From Octopus vulgaris (lineage: Eukaryota), in assembly GCA_951406725.2 (NCBI GenBank), contig OX597833.1, forward strand, positions 32,984,001 through 33,048,000: a DNA stretch of 64,000 nucleotides, given 5' to 3'. Positions 39,386 to 53,135 of this stretch are shown here, one piece after another. The first letter of the stretch is position 1; each line of letters opens with the position of its first letter. The notes below the pieces were generated by a model. That model searched no databases. It worked only from the letters and a program-made list of their open reading frames with translations, and was not told the origin of the DNA. The translations under genes were made by a program, and so were the position numbers.

Positions 39386-40120
39386 GCCCAAGATCAATGT
39401 CTACCTACAAGGAACTACCAGGCCAACATATTAAAGAACGGCAGTAGCTCAATATGTCATGCATGTAAACAACAAAATGAAACCATTGATCATGTTGTCT
39501 CCAAGTGCAGTCTTCTTGCGCCTACAGGCATGATAGAGCTGTACAATATATTCACTGGGTAATTTGCAAAAGCCTGAACTTGCCCCATGATAAAAACTGG
39601 TGGGAACACAAACCAACTCCAGTGCTTGAAAATGATCACATCTCACTCCTCTGGAACTTCACCATTAAAACTGACAGAGAGATAGATGCAAATAGGCCAG
39701 ACATCATATTGAAAGACAAAAATCATGCCTCCTCATTGATATGACTGTCCCAATCGATATCAACGTATCTGTCAAGACCTACCAAAAACTGAGCAAATAT
39801 AAAGATCTTAAAAGAGAAATTAGCAAAATGTGGAACCTGAAGACTAAAACAATACCTGTTGTCATAGGTGCTCTGGGAATGATAGCAAAAGGGGTTGATT
39901 GCAACCTAGCTCAGATCCAGGAAACCCCAAAATGGCAGAAATTCAAAAGATAGTATTCATGGGAACTGCCCATATCCTACACGAAATACTTTCTATGTAA
40001 TGTCAAGTTTAAAAAAAAAAAAATTTTCTTCTGGTTTCTTAAACATTCTCTACAACAACACTGTGTACAAAATATGGCACCCTAGACATAACACCAGCAT
40101 GAACTTCCAACTTGTTGTCT
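38935..40120 (+). mobile_element. Two R4/Dong-like RLE retrotransposon 3' fragments separated by (TAA)n
   Basis: RHDRAVQYIHW, NRPDIILKD, DMTVP, KLSKYKDL, IPVVIGALG (PD-(D/E)xK nuclease); the 3' end is duplicated at 38935-39215 and 39858-40120; (AAT)n at 39275-39384. Confidence 0.85.
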
Positions 40121-40284
40121 AAATTTCTATAATTCAATATATTTACATTACTCTTTTACTTGTTTCAGGGGACGTAAACACACCAGCATCGGTTGTCAAG
40201 CGATGTTTGGGGGACAAATTTATTTATTTATTTTATAAACATCTTAGTTTAATCTTATTCTAATTATGTAATATACACTATATA

Positions 40285-40581
<297 letters not shown>

Positions 40582-40832
40582 AATTAGCTAAACTTATATA
40601 AGTAATATAACTTATGTCTACATTTAATTTTTCATTCATCTAGGAAATCAAGCGATCTTTTATTATTAGTTAATAATATCACCTTAAATGCATTAGTACA
40701 TAAGAAATAAATATTACAATCTATTCGATAGTAATATTCCCAATTTAAATTGTACTTTAAATACGTGTAGATTTTAGTTCCCATATATATTTACTAAGGC
40801 CAGTAGAATTAATTAAATTTCTATTCGTAAAA

Positions 40833-40958
40833 AAATTTTCTTTCGTAGCTGTAAGTAATCTCGGATAGGATTGGTTGAATAATTTTTTGGCGCGTAATAT
40901 CTCGGGCCATATCATAATAATTATATGCAGATTTGTATCTGTTTATAGTGACTCAATT
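40833..40958 (-). pseudogene. Fragments of a diverged GAL3ST paralog or duplicate
   Basis: 40833-40934 matches 41736-41838 (KSAYNYYDMARDITRQK/YSTNPIRDYLQLR versus KSAFNYYSMARVVMREKNSSTNPIRDYLQIR, 1-nt deletion); 40935-40958 matches 41349-41372. Confidence 0.75.
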
Positions 40959-41178
40959 TACTACTATTTACTATTTATTGTTTATGTACTTAATTGATAT
41001 TTAGAATAAGGTTTTTATAGTCTTTCACTGTTCAATTGCTTAATAGAGGCTTTTCTCTAAATTATATACATATATTATATCATATATATGTGTGTGTGTG
41101 TGTGTGTGCGTGTGTGTGTATGTGTATGTATATCAAACATACTTGGAAGAGGATGCGTAACGTTTCATAAATATGTAT

Positions 41179-42322
41179 TCATATAGGATACTGGAATTTT
41201 CTGATTAAATTAATAAAAGCTAATTCCTGAATAACAATATGTTCACATTCTATTTTAGATATTTCAAACGCCATATTCCAGTGAGAACTTGGAATTACAA
41301 CCTTTCTCTCTTTTGATTTACCTTTGCAAAACGCTTCGATTATTTTTCGTATCTGTTTATAGTGATTCAATTCTTTGAAGAACGAAGGTCCTTCTAAAGC
41401 GACCAATTTCCAAAAGGTCCCTAAAAAGTGTTCATATATCATATAATCTGCCATGGTTATATTTTTGTGTCTTTCAAAGTCATCCATTGATGTTTCGATT
41501 TCCCTCTTGCGTTCATTTAATCTTATTGAAACGATATCCTTCATGGTCCAACAAAGATATCTACGAAGTAGAATAAGAGATTCATCAAAATACTCCAATA
41601 TCATCACTAAGTCAAAATCTTTATCAAGAATTTCAATGTAGTTTTTAATTGCCTTGAAATTCGTAAAATTCTCCGGAGCGATTCCGAAATCGTACGCCAT
41701 TCGATTATTGACAAAATTCCTAAACTTCGGAATTGAAATTTTGTTTCGTATCTGTAAGTAATCTCGGATAGGATTGGTTGAAGAGTTTTTTTCGCGCATT
41801 ACAACTCGGGCCATACTGTAATAATTAAATGCCGATTTAAATTGTTCAAATGGTTGCCGGATGATAGCAAGGTAGAAAGTACCAGGAGGAAATAAACTAT
41901 GGAATACGGATCTGTTGTAGACGGAATGGTTACACAGAATATTGTAACGTTTGCCCTTTGGTGGTGGAATGATTCTACCGACGTCCAGCTCAGATTGTCT
42001 GTTGATATAATTGCTGTGCTTCGGCAAAACAAATACGAGTTTATGATATAATCCATAACGAAGTAATATATTCATCACGGTCGTACTCCCAGCTTTGTGT
42101 ACTTTTAAAAAAACAACATCCGATTGAGGTTTACACGTTTTAAAATAGCCCGGTCCTCGATGAAAGTTGGTGTGTGGTAGCTGTGTGGTAGTTATAAAAG
42201 AATAATGCTTTGGTAACTTTGAAGGCACTATTAGTTTAAAATCTAAATTTCCGGCGTAGATGCGAATAAATCCATATATGACAACCAAAGAAACTATCAT
42301 GAGCAGCCCACACTTCTTAAAT
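41179..42322 (-). CDS. Galactose-3-O-sulfotransferase (GAL3ST/cerebroside sulfotransferase family), main coding exon
   Basis: FLKVHKAGSTT (5'-PSB), ILCNHSVY, IIRQPFEQFKSAFNYY (3'-PB), FDLVMILEYFDESLILLRRYLCW, ADYMIYEHF; N-terminal TM segment. Acceptor ttttcattctttctag| at 42322; either an upstream exon or the ATG at 42300 provides the start. Confidence 0.93.
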
Positions 42323-43281
42323 CTAGAAAGAATGAAAAGAAAAATATATATATAAAAACAAAGCAAATTCAAAACAAACAAAAAAAATCATGTAAAGAAA
42401 ATTTAAGTAAACAAAAGTCTAATTGAAGTTGTATTAATTTATTCGCATATTTACTTATGTAAAGCTTTGTATATTTATTAATATATATTTGTATATGCAT
42501 GTGTGTGTATGTGTACGTGTGCGTGTGTGTATGTGTGTCTGTGTGCATGTATGCATGTCAATCACATACACATACTAGGCGACGCATTTGGAGCAGAGGT
42601 ATTATTGATTAAACTGACTTAACTGGGACCTTATTTTATCGATCATTCAGAATAGACAAAATACAAATCAAGCCTAGTGGCAATATTTGAAAGCAAACTT
42701 AAACGGTTTGTAGCTAAATATTGCAAATTATTTAACCCATTATCTATCTGTAGTTTAAAGACAGAGAAAGTGCTACACAAACCTTGTTAGTTACATTAAC
42801 TATTAAGAAACTCTTGCCTTAGACATTCATTCTCTCTAAGTCGATAAAGTAAACGAAAAAGAAATACTTGTCAAGTAGTGCAGGCGTTAATACGTTCCTG
42901 TGGCTCGGTCCATCGAGGAAAGCTTCCAAGCCATCGCTCGACCTGTTTGAATAGCAGCAAAGTAACCAAACAACCTGCAATCTTTCGTCTTTGAAACTAG
43001 AAATGAAGGACTCAGACAAACATAAACAAAAAACGAGCCGACATAGCCATGGTAAAATCATTTTTTATTATAGAACAGCTAGAACAGGATTGAATGGATC
43101 TGATGCTTGACAACAGATAACCTTTTTGTGAAGCCAAAATATCAGTATTTATTAAGGAATAATGCACATGTCACACTCCAGAATAACATATTATTTTAGA
43201 ATACCTTACTGTGGTAAGTAAAAGATTTGAGCTAGATAGACCGACAAGAAGATAGTCTGACAGACAGACAGACAGATAGGT

Positions 43282-43382
<101 letters not shown>

Positions 43383-43739
43383 GTGATTGATAGGAACTCT
43401 TGCATGTGTTTTAAATCGATAAATGAAAATATAGGCATTGAACAACTAAAGCCATTCGCTTTAGTACGTGCTTAATGCTTGTACTTTAACGTTGTTGTGG
43501 TTGTTGCAATGTATCCTGGAGCACACTGTCCTGTAACTCTCGCCGCATTTCTCTGACAGAGTAAACACCTTCACAGAAGCTTTGGTTTTCACTCTGCAGT
43601 TTTATATTCTTGAAGGAATTGCCAAAGAAAAATTATCCAAGTAACCTTTAAAATATGAACTCATTGGATGAAACGCAAGGGATTGCAATACATATCTGGC
43701 TAAGATCACGATAATGTGGAAAGCTAAAATTCAAGAAAG

Positions 43740-44235
43740 CAATTGATCTATCGTTAACATGAAATATAATACTGACAAGTTCCAAGGGGTAATGTTTGTT
43801 GAAGTCACACCACACGGGGAACTAGCCCGCAGATTTAGAAAAATCCTGAACGATACAAAGTTGAACATAAAAGTCATGGAAAAAAATAGAGCTATCCATC
43901 AGGTTAATAATATGCAAAACATACCCCTTGTGTGTAGAGAAAAACTGCACAGTGTGAAAATATAGCCCTGGTATCAACTGCAAAACTAAAAATGCAGTTT
44001 ACCGAATAAACGGTGAGAAGTTTCGCCGGGCGTATGAATGAACATTGGAGGGAGAACAGGGATCAAAGACAAGCTTCGTTACTCTACCGGCATGCTAAAG
44101 ATCAACATGGTGGTGTGCTGAGCCGGATTAGTATAGAATCCTGTCTAGACACCCGGACGACACATCACTACGAGAGATACGAGAATCAGTTTTCATAAAC
44201 GAAACACGACCGGTTTTGAATAGTAAATATTCTCA
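43740..44235 (+). mobile_element. Penelope-like C-terminal/GIY-YIG remnant
   Basis: VMFVEVTPHGELARR...IKVMEK, NCKTKNAVYRI and RSFAGRMNEH...LYRHAKDQH. Confidence 0.65.
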
Positions 44236-44703
44236 ATAGGCAAAGGCTTTACAAAGACCCATGGACGCACACACACATGCAAAGTCAAACAAGGACACAG
44301 ACATGCTTTCTCGCCCACACGGATACACACACATACGCATACGCACATACACGGACGCACACACACACACACACACACAAACAAATGCTCACATACACAC
44401 TGACAGACGCGGACGCATATGCATGCTAATATCGTGCACAGATTGCTGTTTATTCAGCAAGAAAACCAGAGGTGTATATGTACATATATATATATAAAGT
44501 GTAGGTGGCATACGAATGGGTATAAAAAAATTTGAAATCGCCACTATATAAGATAAATTTTCTGAGAGATCTTCGGTTCTGTTTGAAAAAACGAAATTAT
44601 TTTTAAAAAGTTAAGTGTAATAAAAGAAAAGTTCATAATTATTTCTTACTAGTCTCAACAGAGTCCACGTGATGGCGTTTTGTGTGTGGGAACATAATAT
44701 CTC

Positions 44704-44800
<97 letters not shown>

Positions 44801-44801
<1 letters not shown>

Positions 44802-47800
44802 GCTCCTTTATTGGCCACACAGGGCCGAACACAGAAGAGACAAAATACAATGTCGAGCATTTCTTTTTAAAAATAGAAAATAAGGAGGGGAAAATAAATT
44901 TCCGATCAAAAGGGATCGTGTTAAAAAAAAAAGCGATCAATAGGGATCGTTTATCACAGAAAATATCATAAATGACATCATAAACAGATTAGGTTTATCC
45001 ATGGAAAGAAAATCCTACGGAAAAGACCACGGTAACCTCAGGTAGGGAGAGAAGAAATACATGAGAGCAAAGTGCTCTCTCTCTCTTTTCGATTTACAGG
45101 ATCATGCTCAAAGTGGTTTCGTCATTCGCGCGTACTATCTTTGCTACATTCACCCACCTTTTATTGAATATTTCACGAGACAAAACTTGCTTCTCTACTC
45201 TCACCGTCCTTTTCAAGTGGTACTTGAAAAAGTTGATAAGCGATTGGCCAGAGAGGAAAGTGTTTGTCTCTAAACCTTTCACTCGAGTCCACCACACATA
45301 TTCTTTCGCCATGGCCACCTGTACGATGAAGACTGCCTTGCCTTCACGGTAAAGAGAAGGTGACGGAGCAATTTTCACGATAGACTCGGCCGAAAACCGA
45401 ATTCGTCCCACACGTTGCATCAGCCCTTCGGCATAAGCCCACAGATCCGAAATGGACACTGCACGAATGCGTGCAGAACGGTTTCGTCGCTCTGACCGCA
45501 TCTCGAGCAAGTCGGTCCGGTGTGTCTTTAACCGTGCCTGTAGAGCTTATCCCGAACGGGCAATGCTTCTCGATGGCACTGCCGGGCCAGGGATCTCTGG
45601 TGATTGTCCATAGGTCACGGCCCGAAAGTTGACCTGAACAGGTGGGTCAGGTGTTCCTCGTCGACGCCCGGATTCTTCCAGTGAATGTTGTCACACCTCT
45701 TCTCCTCTAATCCTCTATAGAACGCCTTTATGGAATTGAAGTCGCACAAGTTTGGTCCCGGACTGCAGAGTTGCTTGAAAGCCAGGTGGCACTCGCAGTG
45801 CCATTAGCCTAGCCTCGGTCTCTGTTTGATCCACGACTGCAGTTTCGCCAAAGAGACGAACTGCGGGAAAGTGCGCCTCACAAACGGCGATCACATCTGT
45901 TCACCGTTGTCTATAAAGCGCCGGAGATGTCAATGCCTCAGCGCATGTCTGCGCATCATCAACCACAGCACGCCCAGCTCTCCATTTAGCGGGTGTTGAC
46001 AGCCTAACCATTAGAACACTTCCCTTCCACAAAAAGCAGAAGAGCATGTGTTCCAGTTTGGTGGTGGTAGGGTCAGAACAAGGCACGACGGTCAGACAGT
46101 AATCGATGACGGATGCGATGTATGCGTTCGCCACCTCTACCCGACCTTTTAGGGACAGCTTCTCGGCTTTATTACTGGGTGAAAGTGGCCACCCTACTCG
46201 TTCTTTTCCATCTGGCGGTCCGGACCGAACCAAACTCCGAGCAATTTAACCGGTTCGTCTTCCAGCGTCCCACGATGGAGACGCTGGTGGACGGCATGGG
46301 CTTGCTTCTCCAGGTGCCGAGCCGCAAGCCCACTGACTTTTCCCGGTTAATTTTTGCTCCCGTTACCGCCTCGTATTCTTTTAGTGTCTCGATATGCTTG
46401 TGGCTCGACACTATCACGGTGATGTCGTACGCGTATGCAGACACGCTCTTCCCGCATTCCAGCTCTCGCGAGATGCCCATCAGCGTCGTCAGCTTCCCCA
46501 TTAGTAGCTCAAGGGTTAATACGTCGTGCAGAAGTGACGAGGGGGGGGGGGCACCCTTGACGAACCGAACGCGTGATGTTAAATGGTCTGGACAGATGAC
46601 CATTTACGCGAACTACCGAGTGGATGCCGCTGTATAGGGAGCGATGCGACCGCGGAAGACGGGACCGAAACCAGCCGCTCTAAGGACAGCCTCCACGTAG
46701 TGATGGTCTATCCTATCGAAAGCTTTTGATTGATCCAAATAGATCAGCGCCTCACCCATGCCAGGTTCCTTAACTACCTTGTCTATGGTGTAGCGCATCA
46801 GATGGAGGTTGTCATGGATACCTCTACCCGGCAAGGCGCACGTTTGCGCTTTGTCGACTAGTTTCTCGATGACAAGCGCCAACCCTCGACTAACACTTTG
46901 GCCCAAATCTTCAAATCTGCGTTGAGCAGAGTGATGGGCCTGAAGTTATCTATGACGTTCCCATTGTTTAGTTCTTTCTTTAGCAGTGCCACCGCTCCTC
47001 GCTTCACAGAAACAGGGATAATCTTGTTTTGCTGCCAGTTGCAGTAGACAGCTGCCAAGACGCCTCCAAACAAGACTGGCATATGACAATAAATTTTGTA
47101 GGGCAGACCATCCAAGCCTGGCGACTTGTCTCCCGCGCAGCCTTCCATTGCATCCCGTACGTCCGAGGTTGTGATGGGTCTTTCACAACACTCCGCCTCT
47201 CTTGCTGAGAGTCGTGGCAGGCCATGCAGGTAGACACTAAAGTCCACCCTGCGTTCTGACCCACCAATTGTCCCGAACAGTCGGGTAAAGTGTTGCTGAA
47301 AGGCCTAACACATCCATTCGTGCTCGAGTAATTCGCGCCCCTGCTCATCTGTCAGAGACCTAATGGTGTCTTTGTTGCCTCGTTGCACCCCCGCCACTCG
47401 GGCCTATCGCGCGGCTCCAACTCCTTCGTTCCTCAGATCACGCATCCTAGCTCTTACAACGCATCCTTAGTGTTTGGGCGTTTAAGTGTTGGACGAGGGC
47501 CAACCTCACCACCAATACGTTGGATGCGATGTCAATTCTAAGTGCCTCTTCTAACTTCTTAACTAGGTTTCCCTCTATTCTATTTTGGTCTAATGCTAGG
47601 GCCTTACTGTACCTAACCAATCCAGGGCATACCACCATCTATTGTTGACAATGGCGCCCGTCAATGCTCTCTTAACTAATGTGCTAATACGGTCCCTGTA
47701 AGCATGGCGAGCCGTGAACGACGCGTTCAACTTCCTCTAACCGAGACCCTGCCTACATGTCTTATCTAAGTCAAGTGTACAAGTCACAAATTTGGGATCT

Positions 47801-50313
47801 GTGTAGCTGACTATATGGAATTGTGGACAACTATCCTTATCCAGTGTCCAACATAATACTCTCAAAATACGATCTGGACGACCGATGCGGTTGCTCCATG
47901 TCCACATTGGCACATTCGGGTGGTCCAGTCGGTACCTGTCAGACAGTTAGAAACATCTAAGCAGGTCTTTGAGGCATTTACATCCCCTCCTATTACTATC
48001 TCTGCCCACGTAGTCTAGATGCGTGTCCAATGTATCGTTCCAATCCCCCACTAAAACCTCTAGACGTCGAAAGAAATCTGGCCGACCTGTTAAGGACGGT
48101 GGTGTATAAACTGTTATCAGTCGAAAAGCACACTCATTACTGCCCTCGACATCCAAGACAATCAGCCTACCCTCCGGGTCTAGGAAAATTGCTCTTACTT
48201 TGAGGTCCAGACTCTTCCGAAGAAGCAGATGCGGAGAAAAATAAATGTCCGCCGAACATATGCAGGAGAGCCCGCGGGTTGTCGAGTCTGGTCTCCCTGA
48301 TGGCTATGATATGCATATTCTGTGACTTGATGTCATTTAACTGGTAGCCTCGTTTCCAAAGCGACCTCAAACCACGTATATTTATACTACCTATTTTGAG
48401 CATGTTCCTATCGAAAGTTGTGTTTTACACACGAAAAGAAGACGAAAGAGAATGAGAGAGAGAGTCACTTACTGTCTGAATGTTGTTTGTCCTTCACCTC
48501 ACAGTCTTCTCCCAGAAAGTTTTTGTATAGTTTTTTAGGCAGGTATTTTTGAAATCTCCCTACTGCATCCGGGAAGAGAGATTTCAGTGTGTTGTGTGTA
48601 ATGTGTCGCGGTGGTGTTGTGTGTGGATTATTACTTGTTTTGGTATCGTTTTCTGTTATGTTGGTATTTGACCTAATGTATTCCATTAGGTCTGGGTTGT
48701 TGGTGCTTATAGCTGTCAACATTGTAGGGGCGTTTGGTGATGTATGTTTGTGTTGATGCTTTTGTTTTCTGCGGGTATTTTGGTTTCGGAAGTGGTAAAC
48801 CTCCCCGCTTTGTTTGCTTCTCTATTCTTTTTTCTCTTTTTCTCCTTCCCCCTGTGGGCACTTGCCAATCTTCTATGTCGTCTTCAGAAGATGGAAGGGA
48901 AAAGGTAATGGAGTCTATTTCTGAGTGTGTTGATTTAGTTGTTGGTGTGGGTGCTGGTTAGTGACAGTTGAGATGTGGTGCATGGATTTTGGGGGGTGAG
49001 TCATTTTGGTTTTCTCTTCTTCTTTTGGAGTTGTTGTTGTTGGTGGTGGTGTTTGCTTGGGCTGGCTTGTTGGTTGCTGATGTTCCTTTATTTGTTTGTA
49101 GAGCTGTTTAATTAGTTATGCATATGGCGATGTGGGTAGCAGTGCTGGTTTTTTTCTCGGTTTGTCGTTTTCTTGTGGTTGTTGTTCGGAATCTTGTTAT
49201 TGTCGTTGTTGTTCCTGTTGCTATTGTTTCTGTGCTAATGGGCAACTGGTTTTCAAGTGTGATTTGCTACCACAAATGTAGCAACGTGGCTTTCTGCCTT
49301 TGACAGCCACATGTAAATTCGAATCATCTGTCAATTTGATTTGATGTGGAATTCTTTCAAAGTTGATCGGATCAATTTGAGCCAGGATTTCATCTCGTTG
49401 ACCAATCCAATTTTGTTGGTCCAGAACAGCGATTTGCAGGATATGGATTTCCTCCTCGACATCATAACAAATGGCATGCACGATCCATTTTATTTCTATT
49501 TCAGGGGGCACATTTTTTATTTTTATTTTTGTGACCCTACGACCAGGATCATTATTAAGTTGGACTTTTTGGAGAGGTCCTTGGCTCGTTCTTCACTGTC
49601 GAATCTAACTTCGATCATGGCAAATTTGTTTCCCCACGTGATGTTGTCTTTAAAGTCCCATATGGGCCTTAAACATTTTTCTACTGTTTCTTGAGTGGCC
49701 ATCTGGTATAGTTTTGTTTTTAGGTTGAATGTCCTGTAAATAATTGGGTTTTTGTTTTAGATTTCTTCTGTGACTTTTTGTGGTATCTGTAGCTGTATGG
49801 TGTGTTCGTCTTTTTTAAACATTGCCTTGCAGGCACGCAGTTCTTCCTTCGAAAAGGACAAGATACTTTTCTTCAGCTTTAAAGCTGCGGCAAAATTGTT
49901 TCAAATGTTCGTGTTGGGTGTGGCGGTGATGGCGGTAGTGTTGGTGGCAGTGGTGGAGGCAGTGTTTATCGTAGTAAACGTTGTCTTTGCTTCTTTCTTT
50001 GTATCTTCTAAAGCCTGTGTGCATTCAAGCGGAACGACTTTTTTCAGCTCCCCTCATCCCTGACTTTGGTAGAGGCGGGAAGTCAATGGCATGTTGGTTT
50101 GATTTAGCCATTTTCGTTTAGAATATGGCAAGGAAACCGAAGAAAATTGATTTAAATTTTGGAAATCTACTCAAGTTCCCTATTACAAGATTTATTGGGT
50201 TTGCAGGAGATGATGTTAGACAACTCTTTCACAAAATTATTCCACAAATAAACATTTTTTCTACACAAAAACCAACTTACTTGGAGCCGATTTTTCTACA
50301 GTCCATTCACGTC
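44801..50313 (-). mobile_element. Apparently full-length Tx1/L1-type LINE, frameshifted, between (GATA)n tracts
   Basis: ORF1 with zinc knuckle CYICGSKSHLKTSC; ORF2 from 48403 with SINIRGL, RETRL, LVGDWN, KSPGLDGLP, FRPITLLNADLKI, LDQSKAFDRIDH, AYAYDIT; AATAAA at 44812-44807. Confidence 0.9.
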
Positions 50314-50322
50314 AGAGATAGA

Positions 50323-50376
<54 letters not shown>

Positions 50377-50383
50377 AAGAGAG

Positions 50384-50457
<74 letters not shown>

Positions 50458-50896
50458 GTACGCATACATTACCGTCGCAATCGACTATCAAGATGTACAT
50501 AATCACCATCAACATCAAACCAATACAAGCACCGCCATCACCTATCCACCAACTTTGACGACCAACATCATTAATAGTATGAGCAAAAGAAGCAACTCCA
50601 TTTAACATAAAAGAGAATTATATGAAATAATGTGATGCTCTTATGTATTTAATAGCTGAATTAAGCCAAGAAGTCTAAATAGAAACACACATACATTTTA
50701 CAAGGTTGTCATCGAAACATCAAAACACTCCGGTTTCCTCACAGATCGAAATGTCACGCCTTCAATAGATCTACGTACATCTACCTCCTGAAATTTGTTT
50801 TTGTACCAGGCACTTAAAAAGCAAAAGTAATGAGTACCTTGAAGGCAGTGCCACAGCATGGTTGCAGTCCAAGTGAAAGAAGATAAAAAAAAATAC

Positions 50897-51059
50897 GCAG
50901 GTGCACGAGTGGCCGTGGGGTAAGAAGATTGCTTCCTAACCAAATTGTTTTAGGTTCAATCCCACTGTGTGGCACTTGGGCAAGTGCTTTCTACTATTGC
51001 CTCGGGCCAACCAGAGCCTTGTTATAGATTTGGTACACAGAAACTGAAAGAGGCCCAAC

Positions 51060-51062
<3 letters not shown>
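50897..51062 (+). mobile_element. tRNA-derived SINE (family A)
   Basis: Homologous to 452-610. Confidence 0.75.
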
Positions 51063-51095
<33 letters not shown>

Positions 51096-51112
51096 ATATA
51101 TACATACATATA

Positions 51113-52707
51113 CAGTTGCGGCTAAAATGTTCGGAACGGCATTGTTTTCGTCAGAAAAGTAGATATAATTTTTTATCAAAGTTGTTTTATATTCTATAAT
51201 TGTCACAGACAATAAATACGATATTATTTGTTATTGCCTGAGATTTTGGTGTAATTTGGGAGGATAATACAAAAGTTATGGATGATTTAGTGATTTACTG
51301 CAAAACCCATGGCGGCCAAAATGATCAGAACGGTTGCTTTTACTCCATGTTTTTGTATATTTAACCGGCGAACTCTAATGTTTTAAATTTGTTTACGTGA
51401 CGGTTCGTTTACTAAACATTAGCAGTGTACTTTGTTAATATAATGCCACTTACTTCGTTACCAATTCGTCAGCAGATTATTAAACTTCGAAGGAAGGATA
51501 ATTTAAGTATTGGATCTATTGCAAAGATTGTTAACAAGTCAACAAGTGTTGTACACGCTATTCTTAAGGTCTACGATGATTGTGGTTCGTGTGAAGCAAG
51601 AAAGTTTACAGGTAGGCCAAGAAAAACGACCAAGAGAGAAGATCGTGCTATGGTAAAGTTGGTTAAAAGGACAGATTTAAAACTGTTGCTGCTGTTTTTC
51701 GGAAAATGAGCATTGTATTGAAGAAAACTTTATCTCGAAAAACTGTCTCGTCGTTTAGTTGAACATGCCCTACAAGCAAGAGCACTTGCAGTGAAGCCAC
51801 TGATCAGCTCCAAGAATAAAAAGTGTCGTCTTACCTTTGCAACCGAACATGTGTTGTGGTCTCAAGAAAAATGGCAAACGGTGCATTTCAGTGATGAATC
51901 TAAGTTTATGCTATTTGGCTCAAATGGAAAAGTAGGTGAAAAATTGTTGCCTAAATGCCTTAAGACTAGTGTTAAATTCGGTGGAGGAAGTGTCATGGTT
52001 TGGGGAATGATATCTGGAGATGGTGTGGGCCCTTTGGTGCGATTACATGGAAAGTTAAATGCAGGAGTTTATAAACTTGTAAAAGATCATGTCTTGCCTG
52101 TGCTGAGAAATTCAACTAAGCGACCACCCATATTCATGCAGGACAATGCCCCATGTCACAAGGCTAAGGTGGTCATGAACTTCCTCAAGGCTGAAAAGGT
52201 TATTGTTATGGATTGGCCAGCTCAAAGCGCAGATCTCAATCCTATTGAAAATGTGTGGAATATTCTAGGAGAACGTTCGAAAGCCAGAAATCCTAAAACA
52301 ACTGAGCAATTATGGAATGCCCTTCAGGAAGAATGGAATAAAATCACCCAGCAACAAATTGAAAATTTAAATTTCCTCATGCAGTCGAAGATGTCAGAGT
52401 GTGATTGAAGTTAAAGGGCTTCACACTAAATATTAAATAATTCCAGTATTCTCTGTCATTTTTGGTTATTTTGTTATTTTTTCAACCGTTCTGATCATTT
52501 TGGCCGCCATGGGTTTTGCAGTAAATCACTAAATCATCCATAACTTTTGTATTATCCTCTCAAATTACACCCATATCTCAGATAATAACAATTAATATTG
52601 TATTTATTGTCTGTGAAAATTATAGAATATAAAACAACTTTGATAAAAAAATTATATCTACTTTTCTGACGAAAACAATGCCGTTCTGAACATTTTGACC
52701 GCAACTG
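51113..52707 (+). mobile_element. Full-length Tc1-like DD34E transposon with about 225-bp IR/DR-type TIRs; transposase frameshifted
   Basis: TA|CAGTTGCGG...CCGCAACTG|TA; TIRs 51113-51336 and 52483-52707; FSDESKF, FMQDNAPCH, SADLNPIENVW, GRPRKT. Confidence 0.95.
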
Positions 52708-52734
52708 TATGTACGTAATTACATATATATGTTA

Positions 52735-52760
<26 letters not shown>

Positions 52761-52766
<6 letters not shown>

Positions 52767-52939
52767 GGGTACAAGACGTCACAAAACGTAAACACGAAAT
52801 GCAAAAACGACATGGATTACGAAATACGGAAACGTGAAATACGAAGGCAAACTTGGGTATGCGAACAACGAGAGAGTACTTCATAATCCATGTTGTCTTT
52901 GTTTTTCATGATGTTTACGTTTTGTAATGTCCTGTACCC

Positions 52940-52945
<6 letters not shown>
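52761..52945. repeat. Short fold-back inverted repeat
   Basis: tatatgggtacaagacgtcacaaaacgtaaaca...catggatta versus taatccatg...tgtttacgttttgtaatgtcctgtacccatata. Confidence 0.7.
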
Positions 52946-52972
<27 letters not shown>

Positions 52973-53064
52973 TGTATGTATGTATGTATGTATGTATGTA
53001 TGTATGTATATATATATATATATGTATATGTATGTATATATATAGATATTTACACATATATATA

Positions 53065-53135
<71 letters not shown>

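Noticed and set aside
42323-42381. N-terminal residues of the 400-aa GAL3ST ORF
   Set aside because: Non-ATG start inside a polypyrimidine tract; probably intron.
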